DNA of 64,000 bases from Asterias rubens (lineage: Eukaryota), in assembly GCF_902459465.1 (NCBI RefSeq), contig NC_047065.1:5642001-5706000 (forward strand), written 5' to 3'. The notes beneath the pieces are model-generated. The model was given only the letters and a program-made list of their open reading frames with translations, had not been told where the DNA came from and made no database searches. Position 1 is the stretch's first letter. Every line of letters begins with the position of its first letter. This document shows, in pieces, positions 38,501 to 51,900 of this stretch. A program made the translations under genes and the position numbers.

Positions 38501-39750
38501 TTAGTGTTATCCGACCCTGTTAGTGTCCTCATGCAACTAATAGGTATAATAAGTTTGCAGTTGATTCAAACTAAAGAATTGGTGGCCTGTTTGAATTGAA
38601 ATACTAAGCGGCCATCTTGAAAAAAAATAGTAAATAATAAAGCCCTCATCCTCCTCTTTTTTTTTTAAATTTCGGACGATCAACTGGTATTTTTTTTATT
38701 TGGCCTTAAGTAAAAGTTCACAGGTTTGTAATTTATGCATATGTTGAGAACTGCATATGTTGAGAAGACTGGTTTTGACTTAACCAGTGTCTGTAAAACA
38801 TGATGGCGCTCGTTATATTATAATTTTTATTGTAGGTGAACAACTCAAAACTTGTTCACCCGCTGCTTCTTACAACTCTTCCATGTGAAAATTATGATAC
38901 AAAATGTAAACATTTCCCATATAGTTATTGTCTCGCCTGCTAGAATTGACCGAAAAAAACTATAAAATAATATGTAGGCCTATGTACAAGTTAACAATTA
39001 AATAGAAACATCTTGAAAGGAAATTAAAGCAAACATTGAAGATTTAATAAATTAAAATTGGGTACAAGAACAATCAAGCATGTATGACTGTGAACAAAAT
39101 ATTTAAAAAATATTTTAACTAGAAGGATACAATGGTCTATACTTGAATTTAAGGCAGTGGACACTACTTGGTAATCATCATAAAACCTTCTTGATATACG
39201 AATAATTGGGAGAGGTTGATAGTATAAAACATTGTGAGAAACAGCTCCCTCTGGAGTGGCGTAGTTGTCGAGAAAGACGTTATTTTCCACGAATTTGATT
39301 CGAGACCTCAAGTTTAGATTTGAGGTCTCGAAGCGAAATCAAGCATCTGAAAGCACACAACTTCGTGTGACCTGGGTGTTGTTTTTTTCACTGTTATCTC
39401 GCAACTTTGACGACCGATTAAGCTAAAAATTTCACAGGTTTGTTATGCATGCATAACTATGTTGAGATACACCAACTGTGAAGACTAGTCTTTGACAATT
39501 ACCAATAGTGTTCACAGTCTTTAATCATTGTATATTTCTAATAGATTTTTTTGAAACTGTGAAACCTTGAGACGTTTCTTACCTGCGCAAGATACAGCCA
39601 GACAGCCCTACAGGGCGGGGATAACCGTATTAAATATAAAGTGACTGGCTTATTATTGCCAGGCAGTACAGACGTGCCATTTGTGTCACCACTACCCGTT
39701 CCCGTAGAGCTGCTGGGTGAAGACCGAAACTTTCTAAACAGTGAGTCCAT
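35580..39750 (-). other. GST 5' cassette copy 4: E1 39750-39583, E2 36325-36186, E3 35697-35580; no exon 4
   Basis: Near-identical copy. E3 is 118 nt (two 1-bp deletions, possibly read errors). Confidence 0.9.
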
Positions 39751-41672
39751 TGCGTGTGCCTCCCACTTCGAAACAGACCCGCAAGAGGAAAAAGAAACCT
39801 CCGTCTGCTGAGAGCTATCCAGCCGGCCACGTACAATCAAGGTTTACCCTCCCATTGACTCATGCACTAGTGCTCAAAGACATTCCAAGTTTGAAGAGTA
39901 AGAATCTCGATCGATGCGTGATTAAGGCTCTCCTTACAATACAATGAGATGTCTCTGCACAAGTGCTTTCTATAAACACAAGTCTCAATGCTTAATGATG
40001 CAATGACCATGACAACTTTGTCCTCGTCTCGTAGTTTACGTGACCTTTACTGTGGGTTAGCAAGGAACTGACTCCAAGAATTCGGGCTCGCTCATCACCT
40101 TTGACCCCATGTCAACATTCTGCCCCATTTTTTGTTTGGGAGTGCGCGCAAACTGAGCAAATTTGTTCAAACCCGAATCAAACATTTTACAATTAGACGG
40201 TATGGTGTAAGCCTTGTTTGAATAAAGGGACTTGCGAAGTGATGAAGACAAACATTGAATAAGGAAATCAATGTGTAGTGAAGAGGAATCAACTAGTGGT
40301 TTAATCCCAACGAGGCCTGGTTCTTGATAATTTTACCGAGACGAAGTCGAGGTAAATTATAAAGAACCAGGCCTCGGCGGGTTAAACCCTATAGTTGAAA
40401 ACCGATTCAACACACTTTGATTCCAATTCATAAATACCTTTTCGGTCAAAACACATCAACACCTTTGGTCAAAAGTAAAATAAATGCAAAAATTATAACT
40501 GTTCAATGACTTCTTTCAACACAACACCCCTCCAGCTATGAAATGGTATTAAAATAATGGTAAGGCCCTCCGCCGCCCTCGGGTAAACAAAATAAGGGAA
40601 TGCTGTGCGCGTCGCGCGTATCGCGTGATGTGGCACAACAACTGTCCTGGCCGTTGCTCTCGACCAATAGGAATGAACAAACTGTCTTATAAGCTCACGT
40701 GTCATGCCCGTGTTGTTAACACTTTTTACTGGTCTTCAACAAAGGTTTATACACACCCACGTGACGGTCTCTCCACCAATAGGAATAGCGAAACTGTCAG
40801 AGGTATTTATGACTTCTCTTGCTGAGATAGTAGTGGTTTGAACTAAATTATCCATTATGTTTGACTAATGATCTTGACCTAACCATGATGTATAGAGAGG
40901 CGCAATTTTGTACCTGACTCTTCCTGGCATATCCCAACGAAAAGATCGCACATAAATACAGGTCATTTCGACCCAAGACTGAAGCCGTCAGGCGCAGATC
41001 AAGGGGCGGGGGATGTACGCCCCTCCTACTGTCAGGAAAAAAACAAACATTTTTTTTATTGAAATCGGAGGTTGAGCTATTGTGAAATTCACGTATTGGA
41101 GGGTGTCCAAAAGTCGTGTATCTCATCATACCGAGTTCCACCGTCAGGGACGTTGAATGAGTCTTGACTCAAGTCCTTTTATTTCCAGTCCAACTGCCTA
41201 TTAAACGTCAGAAGAAAGGAAAAAACTGGTTTCTTAGTTATCATTGAATGGAGGTAGTTCCACCTTTCTCAACAATTTCACTGTTTTCAGGTTAAACTTG
41301 TTTTTCGTGAAGGATTTTTTTGTATAAAGTGCGGGTATAAGTTTGGGATCACCACATGAAAATCACATGGAAATTTGGTTGGCAAACCTGTTTTTATCAA
41401 GGAAGAAATGTCATGCTAAGCAAATTTGTGTGCTTAGTAGCTCTATGAAATTGGGCCCTGATGGTGGTATATAACGCCATATGGAAAAGTCTTACAATGT
41501 GTCCATGGGTGGATTTCACAAAGAGTTAGGACTAGTCTTAACTCGAGTTAGGACCAGTTACTCGTCCTAACTTAGGACTATCCATGCAATTTGTTTATGT
41601 CCTAGGAATAGTCCTAAGTTAGGACCAGTCCTAACTCTTTGTGAAATCGACCCCAGGTCACATTATCGTTAC

Positions 41673-44600
41673 CTGTGTAAATCGTTATGTGCCCAAGCGA
41701 TCAGAGACTCCACCATCATTCGTTCTGATACAGTCACACCGTAGCCCTTGTAGTTTGTGTAGCGAGTCGAGAGATAACGTATAATAGCCGGCCTGCAAAT
41801 AAGAAGAGGGAAAGGTTAGTTTCGTTATGTTGATAAACAACAATATTAGCATAAAACAATACTTGGTAACGAATTATTGGGAGAGGTTGATAGTATGAAA
41901 CATTGTGAGAAACGGCTCCCTCTGAAGTAACATAGTTTTCGAGAAAGAAGTAATTCTCCACGAATTTATTTCGAGACCTCAGAATTAGATTCTGAGGTCA
42001 CGAAATAAAGCATCTGAAAGCACACAACTTATGTGTAAAAAGGTTGTTTTGTCTTTCAATTATCTCGCATTTTTGACGACCAATATATGAGCTCAAATTT
42101 TCACAGGTTTGTTATTGTATGCATGTAATTGAGATACACCAAGTGAGAAGACTGTTCTTTAAAAATTACCAATAGTGTCCAGTGTCTTTCTGAAATAATA
42201 TTAAATGTAGAATGCAATTAATTTGGGCGCAGCGAGGTAGTGAGGTAGTGTCATGTTTTTTGTTAAGTACTGTTGATTATCTTACCCTTCGAAGATGGTT
42301 ACTTCTCCGTCAACCAAAATTGGGACGTCCTGGTGTGGAAGACTACTTGGTAGTTCAGGCCTCCGCCCGTTGGAATCTACCGGAGCAGCCGGATCAATAT
42401 CCACCAGGGCATATGGGATCTTGTTCTGGAAATCAATTTTATTCACAACTGCTCAGTTTAAAATTCGTATTCCTCAATGCATCTTACCACTTATTGTTCA
42501 AAAGCTTTAGTATGATCTAAAACACCCCGACAAACGCTAACTCTCTACCTGTGACAAAAAAAGCAACCACCCCCATCGCACCATCTCCAATCATCTCGAC
42601 AAAATTACCAAGAAACAAACAACAACATGCAAAAAATAAAAATTAATTTAAATGAAACAGAACCATCCGGTCATTATAGCTGAACCTTGCAGAGCTAAAC
42701 TGAGAATGATTTCATTTGTGAATGGTTTTGTAAAACATCTTTTTGCAAAGCATTTATTTAACTTGGACTATAAATTAGTTTAAAGGCAGTGGACACTATT
42801 GGTAATTGCCAAAGACTAGCCTTTGAGCTCAATCGCTCATCGAACTTGCGAGATAATAATGCAAGAAAAAAACACCCTTGTCACACTTCATTTCGAGACC
42901 TCAAGTTCTAAATCTGAGGTCTCGAAACCAAATTCGTAGAAAATTACTTTTTTTCTCAAAATCTGTGGCACTTCAGAGGAAGCCGTTTCTCACAATTTGT
43001 TATACCATCAACCTCTCCTCATTACTCGTCACCAAGAAAGGTTTTATGCTAATAATTATTTTAAGTGTTTACCAATTGTGTCCACTGCCTAATTGTGTCC
43101 AAGCAAACATCCAATGCCATGATCACTGATACACATTCAGTAAATTTTTGTCAAAACTTCTGGGTGTGTAACAAGCTCTTATATTAAATTTTCGATTGAC
43201 GGTTTCAATTTGGAAGTAAGAGAAAGTATAGCGAGATATGACTTTCCATACTGCCGCCGCTGCGGTGGGCTATACTGACCCATGGCAAACGCGCCCATTC
43301 TGGCCGCGATTTGGGGATTACACATGTAAAACGGTGGAATTTATTGCAAAAGTGTTGGAAATTGCCGCGCGCATTGTGCAAAAATACAGCCGCCGTGTTG
43401 CTGTGTGCTGGTGGTGGGGAAATAGCAGTACAAGTCCTAACAGGTTGGGTGATTATTTTGTTCAAACATCTTAACTTTCACCGATACCCTCGCTCTACTA
43501 CTACGTTTAATAATAATGGCAAATAGCATGTTTGACCATCACTTGCCCCTCTTGTTTTATTTAACGGTGGGTCTGGTGTCCATGTCAATTCGACTTAAGA
43601 TTAGCTTCACATTCTTTGACCATGCTTCGTTGCTTGGATGTGGAAGTTAATCTACTATAGGGGCCTACAAGAATAATTGATTTATTGAGCAAATATTTGG
43701 TAGCACTGGGCGGTGTGATTTCTTGCAACACGAGCACTGAATCAATACGACAGTGCAGTGCATGGACACTATTATTATTCGCAAAAATTTTGGTTGTTCA
43801 GGAGCTAGGCCAATATCTCATAGCCAGTAGACAATGGCGATGCCATCTTCATTGTGTCCCTATTGTTTGTACATTACAGTAAAACCATCCGTCGGCCTTG
43901 ATTTCACCAAAGCCTTTTTTCGAAACCATGGCTCGGGAGCTACGGCTCTGCCCAACCGTTGGAAGCTCCAACACACTTAACAACTACAACAACACACTTC
44001 TGTAACTTCTCCACACGTCCTAGCATCAATCTTTGAAGAAAAGAAAAATATGCCCCCTGGCCTCATGGTCAACTCCAAACAGCGGGAACCTTCACAAAAC
44101 TGTGTCCCACTGTCAGTTGTTCTAGAAGATAATTCTCTCTGCCCAATAGACCATCCCTGTTATATCACACCTTTTCACACATAGAGCCACAGAGCATGGA
44201 CTTCACGCAAACATTATTTTTGTACAGTTTGAAGACAATTTTAAAGGCAGTGGACACTATTGGTAATTACTCAAAATAATAACCAGCATAAAACCATACT
44301 TGGTGACGAGTACTGGCGAGCTGTTGGTAGTATAACACATTGTGAGATAGTTTTTGAGAAAGAAGTAATTTTCCATGAATTTGATTTCGAGACCTCAAAA
44401 TTAGTGCACACAACTTCGTGGGACAAGGGTGTTTTTTCTTTCAACTTTATCTCGCAACTTCGAAGACCAATTTGAGCTAAGGCCAAATAAATAAATAAAT
44501 AAATAAAATGATCGTCCCCGCCCGCATCCTTTTTGGGGGCCGCATCCTTTTTTTTTCTTCTTTTTTTTATACTATTTTTGTTCCATAACACAATATTAGT

Positions 44601-45880
44601 GAATGCCTACCAGTAAATCTTGTTAGTGTTATCCGACCCTGTTAGTGTCCTCATGCAACTAATAGGTATAATAAGTTTGCAGTTGATTCAAACTGAAGAA
44701 TTGGTGGCCTGTTTGATTTTAAATACTAAGCGGCCATCTTGAAAAAGTAAATAATAAATAGTAAGGTCCTCATCCTCCTCTTTTTTTTTTTAATTCGGAC
44801 GATCAACTGGTATTTTTTTTATATTTGGCCTAAAGTAAAAGTTCACAGGTTTGTAATTTATGCATATGTTGAGAACTGCATATGTTGAGAAGACTGGTTT
44901 TTGACTTAACCAGTGTCTGTAAAACATGATGGCGCTCGTTATATTATAATTTTTATTGTAGGTGAACAACTCAAAACTTGTTCACCCGCTGCTTCTTACA
45001 ACTCTTCCATGTGAAAATTATGATACAAAATGTAAACATTTCCCATATAGTTATTGTCTCGCCTGCTAGAATTGACCGAAAAAAACTATAAAATAATATG
45101 TAGGCCTATGTACAAAGTTAACAATTAAATAGAAACATCTTGAAAGGAAATTAAAGCAAACATTGAAGATTTAATAAATTAAAATTGGGTACAAGAACAA
45201 TCAAGCATGTATGACTGTGAACAAAATATTTAAAAAATATTTTAACTAGAAGGATACAATGGTCTATACTTGAATTTAAAGGCAGTGGACACTACTTGGT
45301 AATCATCATAAAACCTTTCTTGATATACGAATAATTGGGAGAGGTTGATAGTATAAAACATTGTGAGAAACAGCTCCCTCTGGAGTGGCGTAGTTGTCGA
45401 GAAAGACGTTATTTTCCACGAATTTGATTTCGAGACCTCAAGTTTAGATTTGAGGTCTCGAAGCGAAATCAAGCATCTGAAAGCACACAACTTCGTGTGA
45501 CCTGGGTGTTGTTTTTTTCACTGTTATCTCGCAACTTTGACGACCGATTAAGCTAAAAATTTCACAGGTTTGTTATGCATGCATAACTATGTTGAGATAC
45601 ACCAACTGTGAAGACTAGTCTTTGACAATTACCAATAGTGTTCACAGTCTTTAATCATTGTATATTTCTAATAGATTTTTTTGAAACTGTGAAACCTTGA
45701 GACGTTTCTTACCTGCGCAAGATACAGCCAGACAGCCCTACAGGGCGGGGATAACCGTATTAAATATAAAGTGACTGGCTTATTATTGCCAGGCAGTACA
45801 GACGTGCCATTTGTGTCACCACTACCCGTTCCCGTAGAGCTGCTGGGTGAAGACCGAAACTTTCTAAACAGTGAGTCCAT
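41673..45880 (-). other. GST 5' cassette copy 5: E1 45880-45713, E2 42425-42286, E3 41792-41673; exons intact, no exon 4
   Basis: Exon lengths 168/140/120 match copy 1 and splice sites are intact. Confidence 0.9.
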
Positions 45881-48011
45881 TGCGTGTGCCTCCCACTTCG
45901 AAACAGACCCGCAAGAGGAAAAAGAAACCTCCGTCTGCTGAGAGCTATCCAGCCGGCCACGTACAATCAAGGTTTACCCTCCCATTGACTCATGCACTAG
46001 TGCTCAAAGACATTTCTTGATGATTTCTTTTCCAAGTTTGAAGAGTAAGAATCTCGATCGATGCGTGATTAAGGCTCTCCTTACAATACAATGAGATGTC
46101 TCTGCACAAGTGCTTTCTATAAACACAAGTCTCAATGCTTAATGATGCAACGACCATGACAACTTTGTCCTCGTCTCGTAGTTTACGTGACCTTTACTGT
46201 GGGTTAGCAAGGAACTGACTCCAAGAATTCGGGCTCGCTCATCACCTTTGACCCCATGTCAACATTCTGCCCCATTTTTTGTTTGGGAGTGCGCGCAAAC
46301 TGAGCAAATTTGTTCAAACCCGAATCAAACATTTTACAATTAGACGGTATGGTGTAAGCCTTGTTTGAATAAAGGGACTTGCGAAGTGATGAAGACAAAC
46401 ATTGAATAAGGAAATCAATGTGTAGTGAAGAGGAATCAACTAGTGGTTTAATCCCAACGAGGCCTGGTTCTTGATAATTTTACCGAGACGAAGTCGAGGT
46501 AAATTATAAAGAACCAGGCCTCGGCGGGTTAAACCCTATAGTTGAAAACCGATTCAACACACTTTGATTCCAATTCATAAATACCTTTTCGGTCAAAACA
46601 CATCAACACCTTTGGTCAAAACGTAAAATAAATGCAAAAATTATAACTGTTCAATGACTTCTTTCAACACAACACCCCTCCAGCTATGAAATGGTATTAA
46701 AATAATGGTAAGGCCCTCCGCCGCCCTCGGGTAAACAAAATAAGGGAATGCTGTGCGCGTCGCGCGTATCGCGTGATGTGGCACAACAACTGTCCTGGCC
46801 GTTGCTCTCGACCAATAGGAATGAACAAACTGTCTTATAAGCTCACGTGTCATGCCCGTGTTGTTAACACTTTTTACTGGTCTTCAACAAAGGTTTATAC
46901 ACACCCACGTGACGGTCTCTCCACCAATAGGAATAGCGAAACTGTCAGAGGTATTTATGACTTCTCTTGCTGAGATAGTAGTGGTTTGAACTAAATTATC
47001 CATTATGTTTGACTAATGATCTTGACCTAACCATGATGTATAGAGAGGCGCAATTTTGTACCTGACTCTTCCTGGCATATCCCAACGAAAAGATCGCACA
47101 TAAATACAGGTCATTTCGACCCAAGACTGAAGCCGTCAGGCGCAGATCAAGGGGCGGGGGATGTACGCCCCTCCTACTGTCAGGAAAAAAACAAACATTT
47201 TTTTTATTGAAATCGGAGGTTGAGCTATTGTGAAATTCACGTATTGGAGGGTGTCCAAAAGTCGTGTATCTCATCATACCGAGTTCCACCGTCAGGGACG
47301 TTGAATGAGTCTTGACTCAAGTCCTTTTATTTCCAGTCCAACTGCCTATTAAACGTCAGAAGAAAGGAAAAAACTGGTTTCTTAGTTATCATTGAATGGA
47401 GGTAGTTCCACCTTTCTCAACAATTTCACTGTTTTTCAGGTTAAACTTGTTTTTCGTGAAGGATTTTTTTGTATAAAGTGCGGGTATAAGTTTGGGATCA
47501 CCACATGTCCCCCTTAATAATTATGCATGACGTACGTCACAATGCTAACCCTAAACGACCATGGGCGCAGCCACTGAAGTGTTGGCGGACGTGCGGCACC
47601 CATAGCCTCATTTTGGGTAAGAATTATGACATCATGCACAAAATATTAAGAGAGGCGTATAGCGTGCAATTGACGTATACTTCCCCCATCAATGCTATAG
47701 GCCATAGAACTCTACTATCTTGTTTACTTTTAAGTTTTCTACTTAAAGTACACTGTTGTGTATTTTTAACAAACCATAATTGCTATTTTTGCTCATGTTT
47801 TTTAATCCTGCATTTTAATAATTTTCTTGACTGTACAGCGCTTTGAAACAGTGTTAAAGCGCTTTATAAATGCATTTAAGTTAAGTTAAGTTAAGTTTGA
47901 CCTTATCATGGATTGGGCATCTTGCTTTTCTTCTATTCGACCCAACGCAACCAAACCGAGGCTTGTAAGCAAAAATAGTGTAATCCCTTTCATGACGTGA
48001 GAAATAGACCT

Positions 48012-48261
48012 GGCCCAATTTCATGGCTCTGCTTACCGTAAGCACAGAATCGGCGCTTACGGAAGCAGGAAATTCTGTGCTAACGGCAAGACTATTTCAC
48101 GGGTTAGCGGTGAATTTTGGCTTCTGCGCGTGCGCACTCCACGTTACTAGGCATTCTATGCTTACAAGGCTAGCGCAAAAATTCGGCGCTTGCACGTAAG
48201 CGGGGAATCGTGTTCGTAAGCGCAGAATTCGGCGGTACGTAAGCAGAGATGAAATTTGGCC
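48012..48261. mobile_element. MITE with GGCCCAATTTCAT termini
   Basis: GGCCCAATTTCATGGCTCTGCTTAC ... GTAAGCAGAGATGAAATTTGGCC, with internal CTTAC/GTAAG repeats. Confidence 0.65.
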
Positions 48262-48965
48262 CTTATTGTCATTGGTGTACGGTCCTGACACAATCAACCA
48301 CAGCATGAGGTCTGTGTAGACATGACGCCCAAGGTTTTTTCCAACCAAGATGGAAATTCTATGGAAAGCCACACATGCAAACTAAAAACAGAATATCTAC
48401 ACAAACATTAAAACAATAATTGTATTGATTTTGTTGGATACAAAGCAACCAATCTTTGGATATATTTGTTATAATTTGTAAAATGTTCAGAGTGTCGAAT
48501 TTGGACAATATCTATTTGAAACACGATAACATAATTTGCTAGCATTCGGGGTCCATGTCATGTGTTGGGTAATAATACACAAGGTATTTACAGCGCTCTA
48601 ACTATCAAAAGAAAGTACCACAGCGCATCACACATATAAAATAATAACAAGCGAGGACAAAAACGGAAGCAAACGAATCGGATCGTACGTGCAGTGTGCG
48701 CGTATCACCAATAAATAAACGCGCGCCTATTTTGAATTGTTACGTAGTTTGCACGTGTCATAATCAACAAAGCAACAAATAGCAACAACAGACACAGTGA
48801 ACTACCTGTAAACAAACCTAAAATAGAAGATTACAGTTTTAATCTTGTGAGCGAATAGCGAGCATCGATTGCGAATCTTTCTGAGAATTCAAGTTCAAAG
48901 CAGTTTATTTTTGCGAAGTATATCTTCTCTGTTTAAGAGACACTTCACCCCTTACTCCGGTGAAC

Positions 48966-51900
48966 ATGTCCAACCCAAAACCAGTAAGTTATATTCTTGT
49001 TTCAACATTTTCAATGAATTTATAAAGGCAGTACAATGTCTTCCAGTATTAATTATGATACATGTATATTAGGACGCAAATATGGAATAATAATTAGTTT
49101 TCGAGAAAGAAGTAATTTTCCACGAATTTGATTTCGAGACCTCAGATTAAGAAGTTGAGGTCTCGAAATCAACCATTTGAATTGTACACAACTTCATGTG
49201 GCAATTGTATTTTTTCTTCAAAGACCAATTGAGCTCCAGTTTTCACAGGTTTGTTATTTTATGTATTATGTGGAAAATGTGACAGTATTACTACAGAAGT
49301 TATAATCTCGTGTTTTCTCGCAGAAATCCGGTTCCAGCCGAGGATTACGTGCATGGCTGCGGGAATACGTGCAGCGGCCTTCGGCTGATTCACGACGTGT
49401 GTCCCATACGAAAGTACAGGTAGGCTTTTTAAGCCATTCAAAAGAAAAATATTAAACCCAAATATAGATTCCAAGTGTTCCTATTTTGGTGTCTCTTCAG
49501 TAAAGGTTTTCTCGGTCAATTTCGGCAAATGAGAAGCCAATTTAACCACCAAACCATTTTCGTGCGAAATATTGAATGCTGCTTAAATTTGTCATTCAAT
49601 TATTGTTACCCACTCTGTGAAAATGAGTCACATGTCGCCCAATGCAATATTAAGTTATGGCGGTTTAATGTGGAAATTATTTTTATTTTATTTTTTTAAG
49701 ATCTTTAGTTGCATGGTTAACCTTTAGAACACTTACTTTTAGGCAATAAAGCTATGAATACAACAATTGTGTGATCATATTTATGTCTAATTTGTATCCT
49801 TTTGCACACAATGGTAGTTTAAAATATCATTTTACTTGTAATTCGTTTTTCACAAAAAATGGTGTAGTGGCTAATTTCAAACGGGAGTAACTCAGCAACG
49901 CGATACACCCCAAAGCTTAGACACATACCAAATTACTGCTGATGTGTTCTTTCCAGCCATGCATATAACTCAATTCCTGAAATTGCCTACATCTGACTCA
50001 TTTTCACAGAGCGGGTCACAAATTCGTTTTGCGTTTAACAAAATAAACATCTAACTTAATATTTCACAAAACAGTAATCTAATTCGCAGGAGGTTTTCCA
50101 GTCTAACCAGCTTTGCGTTTGAATGTTATGCTAAATGGAACACATTAATGAAGAAATTCGAATGACTCGGACACAAAACTAAATTGAGTGCACGAATTCT
50201 GAATTTAAAACGCAGAAACAACTGGTGAAGCAAAATCGCTTTAATTCGTTAGCATGAAAATTTGCTGTACTTTTACCGAAAATGACTATAAAAACCTATG
50301 GAGAATTTTTTTTTTTTTTAAAGCTATTCGATTCATTGTTTTGTCAAAGGATTGAACTGTTTGTGACGTTAATTCGTCCTTGTCCCCAGAGTGATTCAAT
50401 ATTTTTTACTGCATTTTTGGAATGTTTAATGTATATTATATAAATGTGTATTTTTTATGAGCCAGGTCTGGGAGGGCACATCTTTTTTGATGACAGTTTT
50501 TTTTACTTTTGCCCTTCTCTGGACGGCCTGTGCTTGTTTTATTGTTTTGCTTGTCCGAAGAGTAAAAAAAAATAAAAATGTTTAGTGTCAGTCAGTCTGC
50601 TATTGCGCTATAGGGGTTGTCTTTTGTTTTATTCGATCAAATTCTATGGTTCCAGGTGCTTTCCAAAACAACGGGAGATCCATGGTCAAATCCATCTTCC
50701 AGTGAAAACTTCCAGTATCCATGGAAACGCATCTCTGATATCAGAGGTAAAGATAAGAGCATTGCCACGAAGCTGGAGACCGCTGAACTTTCCCAACAAA
50801 ATGGCGCGAAGGTGAGTGGTGAAAAGACTAGCTTTGAATTATCTCAGCACAGTGTTCAGTCTGGTTTCCTGTCATTCTATTGTCATCTCGCTTTATCTAC
50901 AATTGTATAAGTTGAAATAAATAAGAAAATATGTAAGTATTACTTTACTTTCTTCATTTTGACCAAACAGAATACATCTGATGATGTTCCAGACTGCTTA
51001 GGGAAATCATCGAGGAATTCTCGGTCATTTTGGCAAGCATTACTTGGCAGCAGAGACTACCGACGTTCAGCCAAAGTAGCACCACTTCCTATCAACAACT
51101 GTGAACAAAAAGGAATACTTATGGTAAGACTTTAACAATAGTTTATAGAATAACTGGTCTTTTTATTATTTTTACAATCTCAGTCTTGTTTTTGTGCAAT
51201 GTATAACTGATGTTATCCTTTGCTTTCCTTTGTCTTTAACAGAAAACATATAATGCTCCAACATCTGCAGGGAAACTACCCAAGGAATTTGGGTCATTAT
51301 CTACACCGAGATTTCCTAATTGCCGAGAAAACCAAAGTACCGGCAAATCAGCCCCAACTCCTGTAGGTGCACGCAAGTCTTGCATGAGCAATGGTAACTT
51401 TGCTCGAGAGCGAACCACCCAGAGTCTTATCCTGTCTGACCTCAATGATGAAACCACACTCAAGAAACCACAACATCTTCATTCAGTTGGGAAACAGCCT
51501 GAACTTGAGCAACGAATTCGTCAGTTTGAAATCCTCGGTAATGGTTTGTTGCAAAGAAAAAACGAATCAGGAAAATGTGAGGAAAAGAAGCTGCTCAGTA
51601 AGAAACATGAACCAGCTAAGCACTTTAGAGGTCAAGAGAGCCAGATAAAAGTTAGAGGAGAAAGGAGAGTCACGGTTCAAAAGGAAAAGGGGAGCATGAT
51701 CTCACTTAATAACGGTGACAATAAATCGTACACTTCTCCCGGATTTCTTCTTCATTCTAAACCAACTCGAGGAGGAGCTACATCACCCAGCCGTAGAGGG
51801 CGACAAGTTCAAGATGTAGACTCAATTCAGCGGGAGCCTACACCATACAGCTGGACCAGTCAGTCCTCGATGTATGACATCTGGAAGAGAACTGAGGAAT

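Larger units (their letters stand above)
16883..47507. repeat. Head-to-tail tandem array of five ~6.1-kb units: 16883-23030, 23031-29174, 29175-35277, 35278-41358, 41359-47507
   Basis: The junction GGGATCACCACATG|AAAATCACATGG recurs at 23030, 29174, 35277 and 41358. Unique flanks are TCTTG| on the left and |TCCCCC on the right, and ORF-track entries recur with the same period. Confidence 0.97.
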
